This document shows, piece by piece, positions 39,745 to 53,315 of a stretch of DNA of 64,000 nt (its first letter is position 1; each line of letters starts with the position of its first letter). Made by a program: the position numbers and the translations under genes. The stretch lies in the NCBI GenBank assembly GCA_964016885.1, contig OZ024752.1, forward strand, positions 35,526,001-35,590,000, read 5' to 3'. The stretch is from Eledone cirrhosa (lineage: Eukaryota). A model generated the notes under the pieces. That model saw only the letters and a list, made by a program, of their open reading frames with translations. It was not told where the DNA came from and ran no database searches.

Positions 39745-40461
39745 GTTTTGCGAGGTTTTTTATATGAAATCGTGTGTCGAAACAGATATTGTTATATTTG
39801 GGGAGGGTCATATTTGCGTAATATTGCCAGAATTAATAACAGAACACACTCACTGTTTGGTTGGTTTTCGCTTCTCGCTGTCTTTTATATATATGTATCT
39901 GCGATCTAACTTACTCGGTCCTCAATGTTGCCATTGACTGACCGGCGGTCAAAAATAATACAGATACAATATAGACAAACACATATATATATAGTTTACA
40001 TAAATCTTTCGTTGCACATCTGCAACATCGTCAGTGGTGTTATATTCATTGTTCCTCCTGTTGTGTTGTATGTCTACGCCATTTTTTTTTTGTTCAGTCT
40101 GTCTATATATTTATTTATTTATTTGCTTGTTTGTTTATCTTATTTTATTTTGTCTTCTTTGCGCATGCGTTTGCGTGTGTGTATAGTGTTATGTGTGATG
40201 TGTGACTAGTGTGTATAGTGTTGTGTCTGCTGGGTGACTAGTGTGTGTTTATGTGCTTGTGTATGTATTTATTTATCTTATTTTATTTAATTTAATTTAC
40301 TTATTTATTTATACTTCTCTTAGGTCAGTGTTGTTTGTTTGGGTGTTGTTGTTGTTCCACTCATTCTTTCTGTTTAGCTTTGGTCTTCTAATTTCTATTT
40401 CACTGGCCTCTCTGATTTGCCTATCTGCTGGGTCATTCCTATGTTTAGATATTATTCTAAT

Positions 40462-42760
40462 AGATGACGAGACGGAGGCACAGTTCACCATAGCTAGAAA
40501 TAAGATTAGACAAGTAGTAGACAGGTACACTATGAGACAGAGCAGACCAGAGGCCCAACAACTTGGGATAAAACCTGTAGAAGGCTTGGTTAGCCTCAAG
40601 CAGCGCACAAGGGATGGTGAGGTAGTGTGTCTACCCACAGATAAGTCTGGTAGGATGTCAATAGATAGCATGCCGAACTACATCGAGGCAATGCAACCCC
40701 ACATCACCAACACGAGCGAAGTTGCACAACTAACACACGATGGGAGAGAAAAAATCCTCAACGCTCACATGATGATGTGGACTGACATCCTAAAGCCAAG
40801 CAGACGCACTGCCAACAACTTCCAGGCGTCTAACAATGGCATACCACCCTTGTATGGGCTCCGCAAAGACCACAAGACAGTCGACGACCCGACAATAGGA
40901 CCACCAACAAGACCTGTATGCGGAGCTAATATAGCTAGCAACTACAGGATCTCCTACTTCCTCTCAATGGTTATACGCCCCATAATCAAGATGTCCCCAG
41001 ATGTATGTGAAAGTACAGAGGACCTCCTCAGCAGAATCAGTGAGTGCAACAAAAACAGGAGCCTATCCAACTGCATAATAGGCAGCATGGATGTGGTGTC
41101 ACTGTACCCATCCATTAACATTGATTTTGCTGTGAAAAGATGTGTGGAGATGATCATTGAGAGTGAGGTGGAGTTCTGCGACGTCGACACAGACGAACTG
41201 GGCCTCCTACTTAGACTTACCTACGACACTGACTACCTAGACAGCCATGACCTTAGATGTTTCTGCCCTAGTAGACCTATAAGAGGTAGACCCCCCACCA
41301 TAACCTCAATGGCTAAAAAGACTCCCATAGGAAGGTGGATTGGGTGGACCAAAGCTATACGGACCCCCCAAAACACTGATCAGGTAAGAAAAATGGTCGC
41401 ACATGCAATAGGGGCTAGTATCAAAACTACCCTAAAGGGCCACATATTTAAGTTCAATGAGAAAATCTACACCCAAAATGAGGGAGCAGCCATCGGCGTC
41501 AGCATAGCTGGCGATGTTGCCAACCTTTTCATGGTATGGTGGGAAAGGAGACTTAAAGATCTCCTTAATAATAGCTCCATAGACCTCATCATGTACTCTC
41601 GTTATGTAGACGATATCAATATAGTTATAAGAACACCCCCACTAGAGAGCACTAACAAGTTTGATTTAGAACGTAGCACGATGGAAAGCATCCAGCAGAT
41701 AGCTAATTCCATACACCAGAGTATAACTGTAACTATAGACTTCCCTTCCAAACACCCTAACAATAGACTACCTGTATTAGACACAGAACTCTGGATTAAC
41801 ACTATAGACGAGAGAGCCCAAATTCTCCACTCACACTATGCTAAACCCATGGCCTCCAAATACCTGATACTCAAAAACTCAGCAATGTCCAGTAGTGCTA
41901 AGTTTAATATTCTGATCGCAGATTTGGTACGAGTGATGAAGAATGTGTCCAGCATGTGCGACCCAACAGAAATGGAAGGACACATCCAACACTTCATCAA
42001 CCGCATGCAGTTCTCTGGCTACAACCAAAGAGACAGAGTCAGAGTATACGAAGGAGCCATGGAAAAGTATAAGACCCTCATAGAACTGGACATGAAAGGA
42101 ATTTGCCCACTATACAGGAGCAAATCATGGAATAGCTTAGATAGGGCTAGACATAAGATAGGGAAGGCCACATCATGGTACGACAACCAGAGATATCAGA
42201 GTGTCATGTTTGTGGACGCCACCCCTGGAGGGAAATTAGCTAACCAGTGTAGAAAGGCCCTGAGAAAGACCCACTTAAAAATAAAGGTGGTAGAAAAGCC
42301 AGGAACCACCATAAAATCCCTGATCAGCAAAACCTACCCTTTTAAGAAAACCCACTGTACCAATAGGAAATGTATCATATGTAAGGTGAACCCCCGGATA
42401 AACTGTAAAACTAGAAACGTAGTCTATAGCATAAGATGTACAGAGGGTACTTGCAGAAACACGACAACAACATACATAGGTGAGACAGCTCGTAGCATAG
42501 GTGAAAGGATAGACCAACACTGGGGGGAACTAAAAGGACGAAAAAACGGGTCAGTACTATACGAACATGCTAGACAACATCATGACGGTAACATAGACAA
42601 CATAGAAATTAGAATAATATCTAAACATAGGAATGACCCAGCAGATAGGCAAATCAGAGAGGCCAGTGAAATAGAAATTAGAAGACCAAAGCTAAACAGA
42701 AAGAATGAGTGGAACAACAACAACACCCAAACAAACAACACTGACCTAAGAGAAGTATAA
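40462..42760 (+). CDS. PLE polyprotein: reverse transcriptase plus GIY-YIG endonuclease (N-terminus missing; the first ~74 aa of the track ORF are antisense pLTR)
   Basis: TDKSG, LYGLRKDHK, RPVCG, SMDVVSLYPSI, QNEGAAIG, RYVDD, LPVLD, then C..CIIC...CKTRNVVYSIRC...YIGETARSIGERIDQH...H...REASEI...PKLN; no internal stops. Confidence 0.95.
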
Positions 42761-43034
42761 ATAAATAAGTAAATTAAATTAAATAAAATAAGATAAATAA
42801 ATACATACACAAGCACATAAACACACACTAGTCACCCAGCAGACACAACACTATACACACTAGTCACACATCACACATAACACTATACACACACGCAAAC
42901 GCATGCGCAAAGAAGACAAAATAAAATAAGATAAACAAACAAGCAAATAAATAAATAAATATATAGACAGACTGAACAAAAAAAAAATGGCGTAGACATA
43001 CAACACAACAGGAGGAACAATGAATATAACACCA

Positions 43035-43080
43035 CTGACGATGTTGCAGATGTGCAACGAAAGATTTATGTAAACTATAT
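43035..43080 (+). ncRNA. Hammerhead core in the PLE 3' UTR (mirror copy ~39990-40034 on the minus strand)
   Basis: CTGACGA-t-gttgca gatg tgcaac-GAAA; stems I and III are not clearly resolved. Confidence 0.65.
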
Positions 43081-43453
43081 ATATATGTGTTTGTCTATAT
43101 TGTATCTGTATTATTTTTGACCGCCGGTCAGTCAATGGCAACATTGAGGACCGAGTAAGTTAGATCGCAGATACATATATATAAAAGACAGCGAGAAGCG
43201 AAAACCAACCAAACAGTGAGTGTGTTCTGTTATTAATTCTGGCAATATTACGCAAATATGACCCTCCCCAAATATAACCATATATATATATATATATATT
43301 AATATTTGATGAACATTTACATGTATTAGTTGCAATTGACTAATAAAATCGCTAGAATGAAATATCTTAATTCAACAACATAGAGTCTAAACTCTAAGCT
43401 ATTTATATATATATATATATATGTATGTGTGTATATATATATATATATATATG

Positions 43454-43510
<57 letters not shown>

Positions 43511-43574
43511 GTGTCTGTGATCTATATTCACTGGTCATAGACACACACACACATATATATATGTACACACACAC

Positions 43575-43606
<32 letters not shown>

Positions 43607-43607
43607 A

Positions 43608-43700
43608 ACAACACCACCAGCTCTCTCTCTTCCCCTTCTTTGTCCCCTCTCCCTCTCTCTATGTCTCTCTTTCAATCTACTATCTCACAACCAGTATCTC

Positions 43701-43761
<61 letters not shown>

Positions 43762-43952
43762 ATGAAGGTACCCAGAAAACCCCATATCTCGGGAACCCGT
43801 CCTCCGATTTACGCGAAACTTGTTTTATTCCATTTGTATTTCCATTTCAGGCTCAACTTCCTTTCAAAGTATTTTTCCATTATGCGTCATTTTGGCTCTA
43901 TTACATTACAGACAAGCAAGCAATCAATCACAGAGTTTTAGTAGTATATAGA
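43608..43952 (-). mobile_element. Helitron-like fragment, sister of 4577-4900
   Basis: Reverse-complement homology including the TCTATATACTACTAAAA terminus. Confidence 0.55.
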
Positions 43953-44014
43953 TAGATAACGTCCCTGTTCCTCCTTTTAGTTAATATAACTTTGTTGTAC
44001 ATCCGTGGTCGATT

Positions 44015-44066
<52 letters not shown>

Positions 44067-44080
44067 ATAATAATAAAATT

Positions 44081-44610
44081 GAAGACTAAAATCCAAAGAG
44101 GGCTCGATAAGGAAAATATATATCAAATATATAAGAACCGTAGAGCAAATATTTATTAGAATAACAGATTAAAGTTTAAGCAAAGAATCGCTGCTTTCAC
44201 CCTTAACGGGATCTTCTGAAACTAACAAAGTCAATCTGTAAACGCAGAACTGGATATTTCAAAAAACGTTGCAACCGGAGGAAGACAGGAAGACGATACT
44301 TTGGTTCGTGATAACGTTCGCTGGCAAAGAAGGGGAAAAAACGAATAATACGTCATTAATAGGAGCGGTGAAAAACAATTACGCGCAAAGACAAAACCAC
44401 GTTTATGGTATAAAAGAGGTCGTAGACTAATGTTCTCTTAAGTGGTGCACCACTTAAGAGAACATTAGTTTACCTCCTGTCTTCCTCCGGTTGCAACGTT
44501 TTTTGAAATATCCAGTTCTGCGTTTACAGATTGACTTTGTTAGTTTCAGAAAGATCCCGTTAAGGGTGAAAGCAGCGATTCTTTGCTTAAACTTCAATCT
44601 GTTATTTTAA
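44081..44610. repeat. Asymmetric fold-back insertion (same family as 57272-57467)
   Basis: ~44160-44290 pairs with ~44474-44606, and 44426-44447 pairs with 44448-44469 (apex gtgcac); the right arm lacks ~135 bp. Confidence 0.9.
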
Positions 44611-44699
44611 CATGTAGATATCACATGTAGATTGTGCATCTACATGTGATATCTCTCTCCAGAAAGTTCGATCTCCAGCAGTAGAGTTCAAAGAGTAAA

Positions 44700-44925
44700 G
44701 ATCAAGTCCAGTCCATAAGTTGACATTATCAAGCCATCGTTTTGGTAGCCGGCCTCTGCTTCTCTTACAAGCCTACCTTCCTTCCAGGCATAACCTACTC
44801 ACACCACGAGTTGATCTTTTTATATGGCCGTATAGTTTGAGTACTCTTGACTTGACAATTGATGTAATTGGTCTAAGTTTGGTAATGTTGAGCAGCTCAC
44901 TGATACAGATACGATCTTGCCATTC
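44700..44925 (-). pseudogene. Degraded RTE 3' fragment
   Basis: WQDRICISELL...LKLYGHIKR...LCLEGR*..RSRGRLPKRWLDNV. Confidence 0.75.
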
Positions 44926-45589
44926 ATGAGCTGCTTGCCATTCATAAGTCTCATGATGTGGTTCAGAAATGTAGAGAGCTTCTGAAGTGACCTTGTCGTC
45001 CAATTCCTTCATCAGAAACCATTAATTATTATGATAGAGAATCTTGTTTGTTTTTCCGTTGACATTCATATATTACCATCATGGCTTCTTCGTAATTTTA
45101 GGCAACTTTGGCGTCCAAAATTGTTGCCATTTCAGAATTTGTGGGAGGACTTGACCAGTCGTTTATAGAAGACTAAGTCGAGTCATGAAATAAAATTTAT
45201 GAAAGGTGGTCCAGAGTGAAAAATTAGGTATTGATGGATGAGTATATCCTTTAGTTTCACCCAAAAGTTTGTGCTGAAAGAGGGCATATACTCCAAGCGG
45301 AGTTTTAGGGAACACAGACTCTCACAGTGCTACCGTGATACCAGTTTGAATAAGATGTGAGGTTTATTGCCTAATTGGAACCTACAATGTATTTTTGATT
45401 GATTAGTTACCAATATGAAAGTAAAATGGACATTGATTGTCACCACCTAAATAAACTTAATCTAATTTAATCTGGCCGCCAGGGCCGCCCCTAGGGGCAG
45501 TGGATTTGGTGTACTTCACATTTGTTTCGGTTGCTGAATACAATCAGGGGTCGCTGCTTCTCCTGAAAGTCAATAGTTCTCTTCTAGAT

Positions 45590-45802
45590 CTGTCGGCCAG
45601 CTACATTTTTCAGCCTGTGGCTTTCAAGACGTTTGGGGGAGTCGGGCCGCTGACTGCGAGGTTCCTCTCTTCACTGGCGGCGGCTCGCCTAATAGAGGTA
45701 ACTGGCGAATTTCGCAAGGGCGCTTGGTTGTTCCAGCGCATTAGCCTCGCCATCACCCGAGGCAACATTGCTAGTGTGCTGGCTTGCCTCAAAAATCATT
45801 AG
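45590..45802 (+). pseudogene. C-terminal restriction-like endonuclease fragment of a CRE-like non-LTR retrotransposon
   Basis: FQPVAFKTFGGVG...WLFQRISLAITRGNIASVL matches the P.a.Et.G...QR.S.a.qRGNa motif. Confidence 0.75.
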
Positions 45803-46789
45803 AGAGGTTGCCCAGTACCCCTCGCTGCTGTCTTTTGCTCTGGTGTTGGCTCGGTTGTTCACCCCTTCCTTTACATTTTCTTTAATATTGCAACATTAAA
45901 AGAATATATCTTTCTGAAAGAATCGCGAGCAATTTATAATATTATCTAAGCATTTGTAATGTTATTTATGTATATATTTAAAACATATTTGTTATGCTAT
46001 TCTACTGTAAATTTATTTATATGCTCTTCTAACTCGAGCGGGAGTACCTTCCCATTGTCAATTTGCATTGATCATCTGCAAAGCCGCATTGTTCTCAGAA
46101 CCACTACACCAGTCTTTCGATGCGTGCATAGAGTGTCTTGTTCAAGGACACAATACATCACTCGGTCCAAGAATCGAACTCACAACCTTTCCATTGCAAG
46201 CCCAATGCTGTAACCACTAAGCCTTCAACATAAACTTAAGGTCAGTTTTAATTAAATGTATGGAATGTTGACGATTGGTATAAAGATTTAAATATTCACG
46301 ATGGAATGAGTGTGAAAAATAATAAATAATTAATAAATTTACTATTTATATTATGCATTCCATTACAAATTGCTTCAAACAATTTTCATACACCGATGGC
46401 GGTTTTATGTTCAATAACATGATTTTTTTTTTCAGTGTGGATGTTTACAAATTAGAAATCAATAAATTTCTCGAATAGATCTATGATCAAAGGCATTCCG
46501 AGAACTAAATGTCTCATTATTTAAGACTGTAGGGTGTGATTTGCTACTGAAAATTTGGCTGTTATTTCTAGCAGATCAAGAATGAGAACGTAGAAACTCC
46601 CTCGCTGGTTTGTGATTCGATGTTTATCTAATGTAGATGAAATATATTTCATCTAAGTTTATTTTATTTTTTTTCTTCTTCGTTAATCACAGAAACATTA
46701 ATGAATACGTTGTGACAGTTATAAAGCTTTAATCAAATATTTTGAATTTTGAGTTTAATAAAATCACCACCGCTCACCGGATGTGTAAC

Positions 46790-47253
46790 TGTAACGAAGG
46801 ATAAAAGGAGGCGGTTGTTAGATGAAATAACAAGAATGGCTGATTTACTTTATATATGAAAAGGTTTTCTTCACTTTAGTCAAAATGAACAATAAACAAG
46901 TTACCACGAGTCGCGAAGGTTGACGATGTTATTTTGTTGTTGGTTCATGAGGCTGGTGTAGTCTGAGACCAGGAGATAGAGAGAGAGAGAGAGTAATGAT
47001 CTGTGGTTGTCTGTAGAGCTCAGCGGCTTGTAGGTAGAGGTGAATCTTTACATAGTTTGTCTATAGCGTACTGGCTCAGATCTCTCTGTGTGTTAGACGT
47101 GGGATGATACAGGCTTTATATACCTGTCGCTTTCTGTCTCCCGCCTCGAGGGATCGCCCACGCATGAACCTGTCCACGCCGAAAAGGATGGTGACCGAGA
47201 ATTTGACTTTTAGGTGTCACCCAGGGTCCAAGGCGTGGACAGATTTCGCTACA
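46790..47253 (-). mobile_element. Probable solo LTR (464 bp)
   Basis: Termini TGTAACGAA...TTCGCTACA, flanks taac/taat (3 of 4 match), TATA-like ggtatataaagcc on the minus strand near 47113-47124. Confidence 0.6.
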
Positions 47254-47334
47254 TAATTAGGATATGGCAAGCTTGGCACGTGCCATGGGCGTCACTTGGA
47301 TTAGGAGCATGTTCTATTAAAGTCAGATAAGTTT

Positions 47335-48440
47335 TCGCGGTCGTGCCCTTGGCACTAGAGACTTCTGATGTCCTTGCTCCTAGGGCTACCTCCCTACTCA
47401 CCACCATAGGCGCTGAGCTGGATAGCCGTAGTAGTGGAGACTTCTGATGTCCTTGCCCCTAGGGCTACCTCCCTACTCACCACCATAGGCGCTGAGCTGG
47501 ATAGCCGTAGTAGTGGAGACTTCTGGTGTCCTTGGCCCTAGGGCTACCTCCCTACTCACCACCATAGGCGCTGAGCTGGCTAGCCGTAGTAGTGGAGACT
47601 TCTGGTGTCCTTGGCCCTAGGGCTACCTCCCTACTCACCACCATAGGCGCTGAGCTGGCTAGCCGTAGTAGTGGAGACTTCTGGTGTCCTTGGCCCTAGG
47701 GCTACCTCCCTACTCACCACCATAGGCGCTGAGCTGGCTAGCCGTAGTAGTGGAGACTCCTGATGTCCTTGCCCCTAGGGCTACCTCCCTACTCACCACT
47801 ATAGGCACTGAGCTGGCTAGCCGTAGTAGTGGAGACTTCTGGTGTCCTTGGCCCTAGGGCTACCTCCCTACTCACCACCATAGGCGCTGAGCTGGCTAGC
47901 CGTAGTAGTGGAGACTCCTGATGTCCTTGCCCCTAGGGCTACCTCCCTACTCACCACTATAGGCGCTGAGCTGGCTAGCCGTAGTAGTGGAGACTTCTGG
48001 TGTCCTTGGCCCTAGGGCTACCTCCCTACTCACCACCATAGGCGCTGAGCTGGCTAGCCGTAGTAGTGGAGACTCCTGATGTCCTTGCCCCTAGGGCTAC
48101 CTCCCTACTCACCACCATAGGCGCTGAGCTGGCTAGCCGTAGTAGTGGAGACTTCTGGTGTCCTTGGCCCTAGGGCTACCTCCCTACTCACCACGATAGG
48201 CGCTGAGCCGCAGGTGCGAACCTCGCGAGTTGGAATGGCTCTTCCAGCGCATCTTCCTTACCACCCACCAGGGAAACGCCTTCTCCATTCTGTCCGCCGG
48301 GGCTGTGGGGAGGCCAGCAAGTGGGACCCCATTTGCTCGCCATTACGGAGAGATGGGGAGGCCGAGAGAGATAGAGGCGATGACAGTGGGAGTTCGGCTC
48401 TACCACGTTCGGACCATATCCTTGTGGTTGTTCATCATGC
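47335..48440 (+). mobile_element. CRE-like non-LTR 3' fragment whose endonuclease segment is amplified into a 79-bp tandem array (~11 units, 47355-48208)
   Basis: Unit gtggagacttctggtgtccttggccctaggg...gccgtagta (ETSGVLGPRATSLLTTIGAELAS), followed by EWLFQRI...QGNAFSIL. Confidence 0.85.
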
Positions 48441-48626
48441 AGTTAATGAATCCGTTTATGAGACATAGTTATCGTCGGAGAGTGAAAAGAGAAACTTCTT
48501 CGTATGTATGATCTGTCTTTCATTATCATAGTTGAGAAGCACAAAAGTGTCGGACAAATGATTTGCAGTATTTGTTCCTGCTCCAATATATGTTTTCTTG
48601 AGACCTAGTTCTTCTTTATTCACTTA

Positions 48627-49850
48627 TTGGCAGTATCGGTAGAGGGTTGGATGCCATGCTTTGATGCATAGAGTTACGGCCCTTGCCATTCTGAGTTCAA
48701 ATCCCGCCTAGGTTAACTTTGCCTTTCATCCTTACGGGGTCGATAAAATAAAGTACCAGTAATGCACTGGGTAATTGCTGGCCTTGTGCCAAAAGTAGAA
48801 ACAATTATCATAATTCCATTTAGTAGGCGATGGGTTGACAGAATCGTTAGAGCGTCCGACAAATTAAAGTACCAGTAATGCACTGGTGTTGATTTAATCG
48901 ACTTTCTCCTCCCTTAAAATTGTTGGCCTTGTGCCTAAATCAGAAACCATTTACTACAATTCATTTAGAGGGCGGTGGATTAGTGGAATCGTTAGAACAT
49001 CTGACAAATGATTAGGAGTCTTTGTTTATTTTCTGAGTTGAGTTCAAATCCCACTGAGTTCAACTTTGCTTTTCATTCTTCCGAAGTCGATAAAATAAAA
49101 TACCAGTAACGTACTGGGGTTGATATAATCGATTTTCCCTTTCCCCGCCTTTCCAAATTGTTGGCCGTGTGCTTAAATTATAACCCATTACTCATCATTA
49201 AAAACATGAAATTGGAAAGCAAGCTGAACAAATATGTCCAAGCTTATATTTCTGGTCTACAACAAATACAAATCGAAGGTGTTCAATAATTTTCACAATA
49301 ATGGAAAACGTATCTCTGTGAAATTTCATTAAAAAATATGCATTTGTTCCAGTTCTTTAGCTTCTGAGTTCAAATCCCATTGAGGTCGACTTTGCTTATC
49401 ATCCTTTCGAAGTCGATAAAATAAAGAACCAGTCAAGCACTGAGATCGATTTAATTGACTTTCCTACTCTCCCTTATGAGGGAACCAAGTCGAGTGGGGA
49501 GACACTAAATGTTAGTTATGCCTTAGATGAGTCGTTAGAATGTCGGATAGAATGGTTTGTGGTTTTCGTTCCGGCTCTCTGCTCTCCGAGTTCAAATCCC
49601 ACCGAGGTCAACTTTGCCTTTCATCCATTTGAGGCCGATAAAAAAAGTACCAGTCTAATACTGGGGGTCAATTCTTCCTCTATATCTCTTTCTCACTTCT
49701 TTTTCCTCTCACTCTTTCTAGCCTTCTCTGGAAGAAATCTGCTGTATTCGAACCTAAAGAGGAGATGGGTTCAGACAGTATTAATGAATACCCTAGAAAT
49801 GCCATATGTTAAAACGGCGCCCTTATGAATCCCTCAGGAGTTACGGGTCT
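48627..49850 (+). mobile_element. Cluster of young and degraded Nin/Deu-like SINE copies
   Basis: Repeated gagttcaaatccc...tttgc.tttcatcc...gtcgataaaataaa at ~48695, ~49040, ~49366 and ~49588. Confidence 0.75.
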
Positions 49851-50241
49851 ATGCATGCATGCAGATGTTTTTACATGTGAGAATATAAACTCTCTTTAGA
49901 TTTCTACCTGTGTATAAAAATTAATATATTTTTTATTTTAAGTTTCATAAAATTTGACACATAAATATTTCTCTGCTATTCTTTATTATAAACCTGTTAA
50001 CATTTAGAATACATTATAAGAAGTCGACCACGAAAGAATTTGAACTCAGATTATTATCGACCGCAGCTAAATACCCATTTTCTTCCGATGTAGTCCGAGT
50101 TACTAAGCTGGAGCAAGGTAAAATGAAGTCTTTGATCAAGGGGACAACGTGCCACTCGTTCCAAGAATCGAACACACGACACCAACTCCAACAATCTAGC
50201 CAATTAACCACGCACTTTCACTATTTAAAACATTTTATTAA

Positions 50242-50458
50242 TGGTATGGTATGGTATGGTATGGTATGGTATGGTATGGTATGGAATGGTATGGTATGGT
50301 ATGGTATGGTATGGTATGGTATGGAATGGTATGGTATGGTATGGTATGGTATGGTATGGTATGGTATGGTATGGTATGGAATGGTATGGTATGGTATGGA
50401 ATGGTATGGTATGGTATGGTATGGTATGGTATGGTATGGTATGGTATGGTATGGTATG
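50242..50458. repeat. (ATGGT)n pentanucleotide microsatellite with occasional ATGGA
   Basis: Direct reading. Confidence 0.98.
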
Positions 50459-50982
50459 AACCCGTGCCTCGTAGACACCGTATTAACATGTAGCGTTTCT
50501 AGGGGTTTTTTTTTTTAACCTGGAGGAACCCATCTTTTCTCCAGGCCTGAACACAACAAATTTCTTCAAGAGAAAGAGAGAGAATGAAAGAATGAAAATG
50601 AGAAAGCGATATAGAGAAATAATCGACCCCATTACTAAACTGGTACTTTTTTATCCACCTTAAATGGATGAAAGTCAAAGTTGACCGCGGTACGAATACT
50701 GCAAAGCGATAACCGACGTTCTAACGACTCTGTCAATTCATCCCTTTCATTAAAATCTATTGGGTAGTCAGTCATAAAGCAAGTTTCCTTTAAAGTGAAG
50801 GTATTTCCTTCCCTATAAGGGTTTATCTATCTGACGTTCTGAAGCAGGGGCTTGCAACAGGCGGCCCGTGGGCCACAATCCGGCCCGCCAGACCAGTCAG
50901 AGTGGCCCGCAGTGACGGTTTGTAATTTTTACCTTTTAGGCTTATTTAGAAATTTTTCGTAACCGTAATACAATGTTCTGTT

Positions 50983-53076
50983 AGTTGACCTATACTAAAG
51001 GGCTTCACTGATAGGGTTATGTGTGTTATAATTTCCCAGTTGACCTATACTAAAGGGCTTCACTGATAGGGTTGTGTGTGTTATAATTTCCCAGTTGACC
51101 TATACTAAAGGGCTTCACTGATAGGATTGTGTGTGTTATAATTTCCCAGTTGACCTATACTAAAGGGCTTCACTGATAGGATTGTGTGTGTTATAATTTC
51201 CCAGTTGACCTATACTAAAGGGCTTCACTGATAGGATTGTGTGTGTTATAATTTCCCAGTTGACCTATACTAAAGGGCTTCACTGATAGGATTGAGTGTG
51301 TTATAATTTCCCAGTTGACCTATACTAAAGGGCTTCACTGATAGGATTGTGTGTGTTATAATTTCCCAGTTGACCTATACTAAAGGGCTTCACTGATAGG
51401 ATTGTGTGTGTTATAATTTCCCAGTTGACCTATACTAAAGGGCTTCACTGATAGGATTGTGTGTGTTATAATTTCCCAGTTGACCTATACTAAAGGGCTT
51501 CACTGATAGGATTGAGTGTGTTATAATTTCCCAGTTGACCTATACTAAAGGGCTTCACTGATAGGATTGTGTGTGTTATAATTTCCCAGTTGACCTATAC
51601 TAAAGGGCTTCACTGATAGGATTGTGTGTGTTATAATTTCCCAGTTGACCTATACTAAAGGGCTTCACTGATAGGATTACGTGTGTTATAATTTCCCAGT
51701 TGACCTATACTAAAGGGCTTCACTGATAGGATTGAGTGTGTTATAATTTCCCAGTTGACCTATACTAAAGGGTTTCACTGATAGGGTTTCGTGTGTTATA
51801 ATTTCCCAGTTGACCTATACTAAAGGGCTTCACTGATAGGATTGTGTGTGTTATAATTTCCCAGTTGACCTATACTAAAGGGTTTCACTGATAGGGTTTC
51901 GTGTGTTATAATTTCCCAGTTGACCTATACTAAAGGGTTTCACTGATAGGGTTTCGTGTGTTATAATTTCCCAGTTGACCTATACTAAAGGGCTTCCCTG
52001 ATAGGATTGAGTGTGTTATAATTTCCCAGTTGACCTATACTAAAGGGCTTCACTGATAGGATTGTGTGTGTTATAATTTCCCAGTTGACCTATACTAAAG
52101 GGCTTCACTGATAGGATTGTGTGTGTTATAATTTCCCAGTTGACCTATACTAAAGGGCTTCACTGATAGGATTACGTGTGTTATAATTTCCCAGTTGACC
52201 TATACTAAAGGGCTTCACTGATAGGATTGTGTGTGTTATAATTTCCCAGTTGACCTATACTAAAGGGTTTCACTGATAGGGTTTCGTGTGTTATAATTTC
52301 CCAGTTGACCTATACTAAAGGGCTTCACTGATAGGATTGTGTGTGTTATAATTTCCCAGTTGACCTATACTAAAGGGCTTCACTGATAGGATTGTGTGTG
52401 TTATAATTTCCCAGTTGACCTATACTAAAGGGTTTCACTGATAGGGTTTCGTGTGTTATAATTTCCCAGTTGACCTATACTAAAGGGCTTCACTGATAGG
52501 ATTGTGTGTGTTATAATTTCCAAGTTGACCTATACTAAAGGGTTTCACTGATAGGGTTTCGTGTGTTATAATTTCCAAGTTGACCTATACTAAAGGGCTT
52601 CACTGATAGGATTGTGTGTGTTATAATTTCCCAGTTGACCTATACTAAAGGGTTTCACTGATAGGGTTTCGTGTGTTATAATTTCCCAGTTGACCTATAC
52701 TAAAGGGTTTCACTGATAGGATTGTGTGTGTTATAATTTCCCAGTTGACCTATACTAAAGGGTTTCACTGATAGGGTTTCGTGTGTTATAATTTCCCAGT
52801 TGACCTATACTAAAGGGCTTCACTGATAGGATTGTGTGTGTTATAATTTTCCAGTTGACCTATACTAAAGGGTTTCACTGATAGGGTTTCGTGTGTTATA
52901 ATTTCCCAGTTGACCTATACTAAAGGGCTTCACTGATAGGATTGTGTGTGTTATAATTTCCCAGTTGACCTATACTAAAGGGCTTCACTGATAGGATTGT
53001 GTGTGTTATAATTTCCCAGTTGACCTATAATAAAGGGCTTCACTGATAGGATTACGTGTGTTATAATTTCCCAGTT
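50983..53076. repeat. 55-bp tandem array, 38 units
   Basis: Unit agttgacctatactaaagggcttcactgataggattgtgtgtgttataatttccc. Confidence 0.98.
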
Positions 53077-53129
53077 CCATGGAAAGAAGTTGTGGTTAAT
53101 CTTTGGAATAGTGCTTAATAAATATTAAT

Positions 53130-53315
53130 TGTTTCTACTTTAGGCACAAGGCCAGCAAATACCTAGTGCATTACTGGTACTTTATTTTATCGACCCCGTA
53201 AGGATGAAAGGCAAAGTCAACCTCGGCGGGATTTGAACTCAGATCGTAAAGGGACGTAACTATGCGGCAAAGCATGGCGTCCGACTCTCTACCGATACTG
53301 CCAATCCACCACCCT
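53130..53315 (-). mobile_element. Full-length Nin/Deu-like SINE with an 18-bp target-site duplication
   Basis: TSD tgcttaataaatattaat at 53112-53129 and 53317-53334. Confidence 0.9.

Larger units (their letters stand above)
39745..43278 (+). mobile_element. Penelope-like retroelement (C-terminal GIY-YIG type), 5'-truncated, with an inverted pseudo-LTR, inserted in (TA)n
   Basis: 39791-40461 is the reverse complement of 42608-43278; an RT+EN ORF lies between them; (TA)n on both flanks. Confidence 0.95.

Noticed and set aside
39925-40209. Identical 94-aa hydrophobic ORFs at 39925(+) and 43144(-) as a membrane protein gene pair
   Set aside because: They are the antisense reading of the A-rich PLE 3' UTR, duplicated by the inverted repeat.
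50123-50518. (MVWYG)n and (HTIPY)n ORFs, or a telomeric array
   Set aside because: They are translations of an (ATGGT)n microsatellite, which is not a TTAGGG-type repeat.
50983-53076. 55-bp array as a CRISPR array
   Set aside because: There are no variable spacers; it is a plain tandem repeat inside a MITE.
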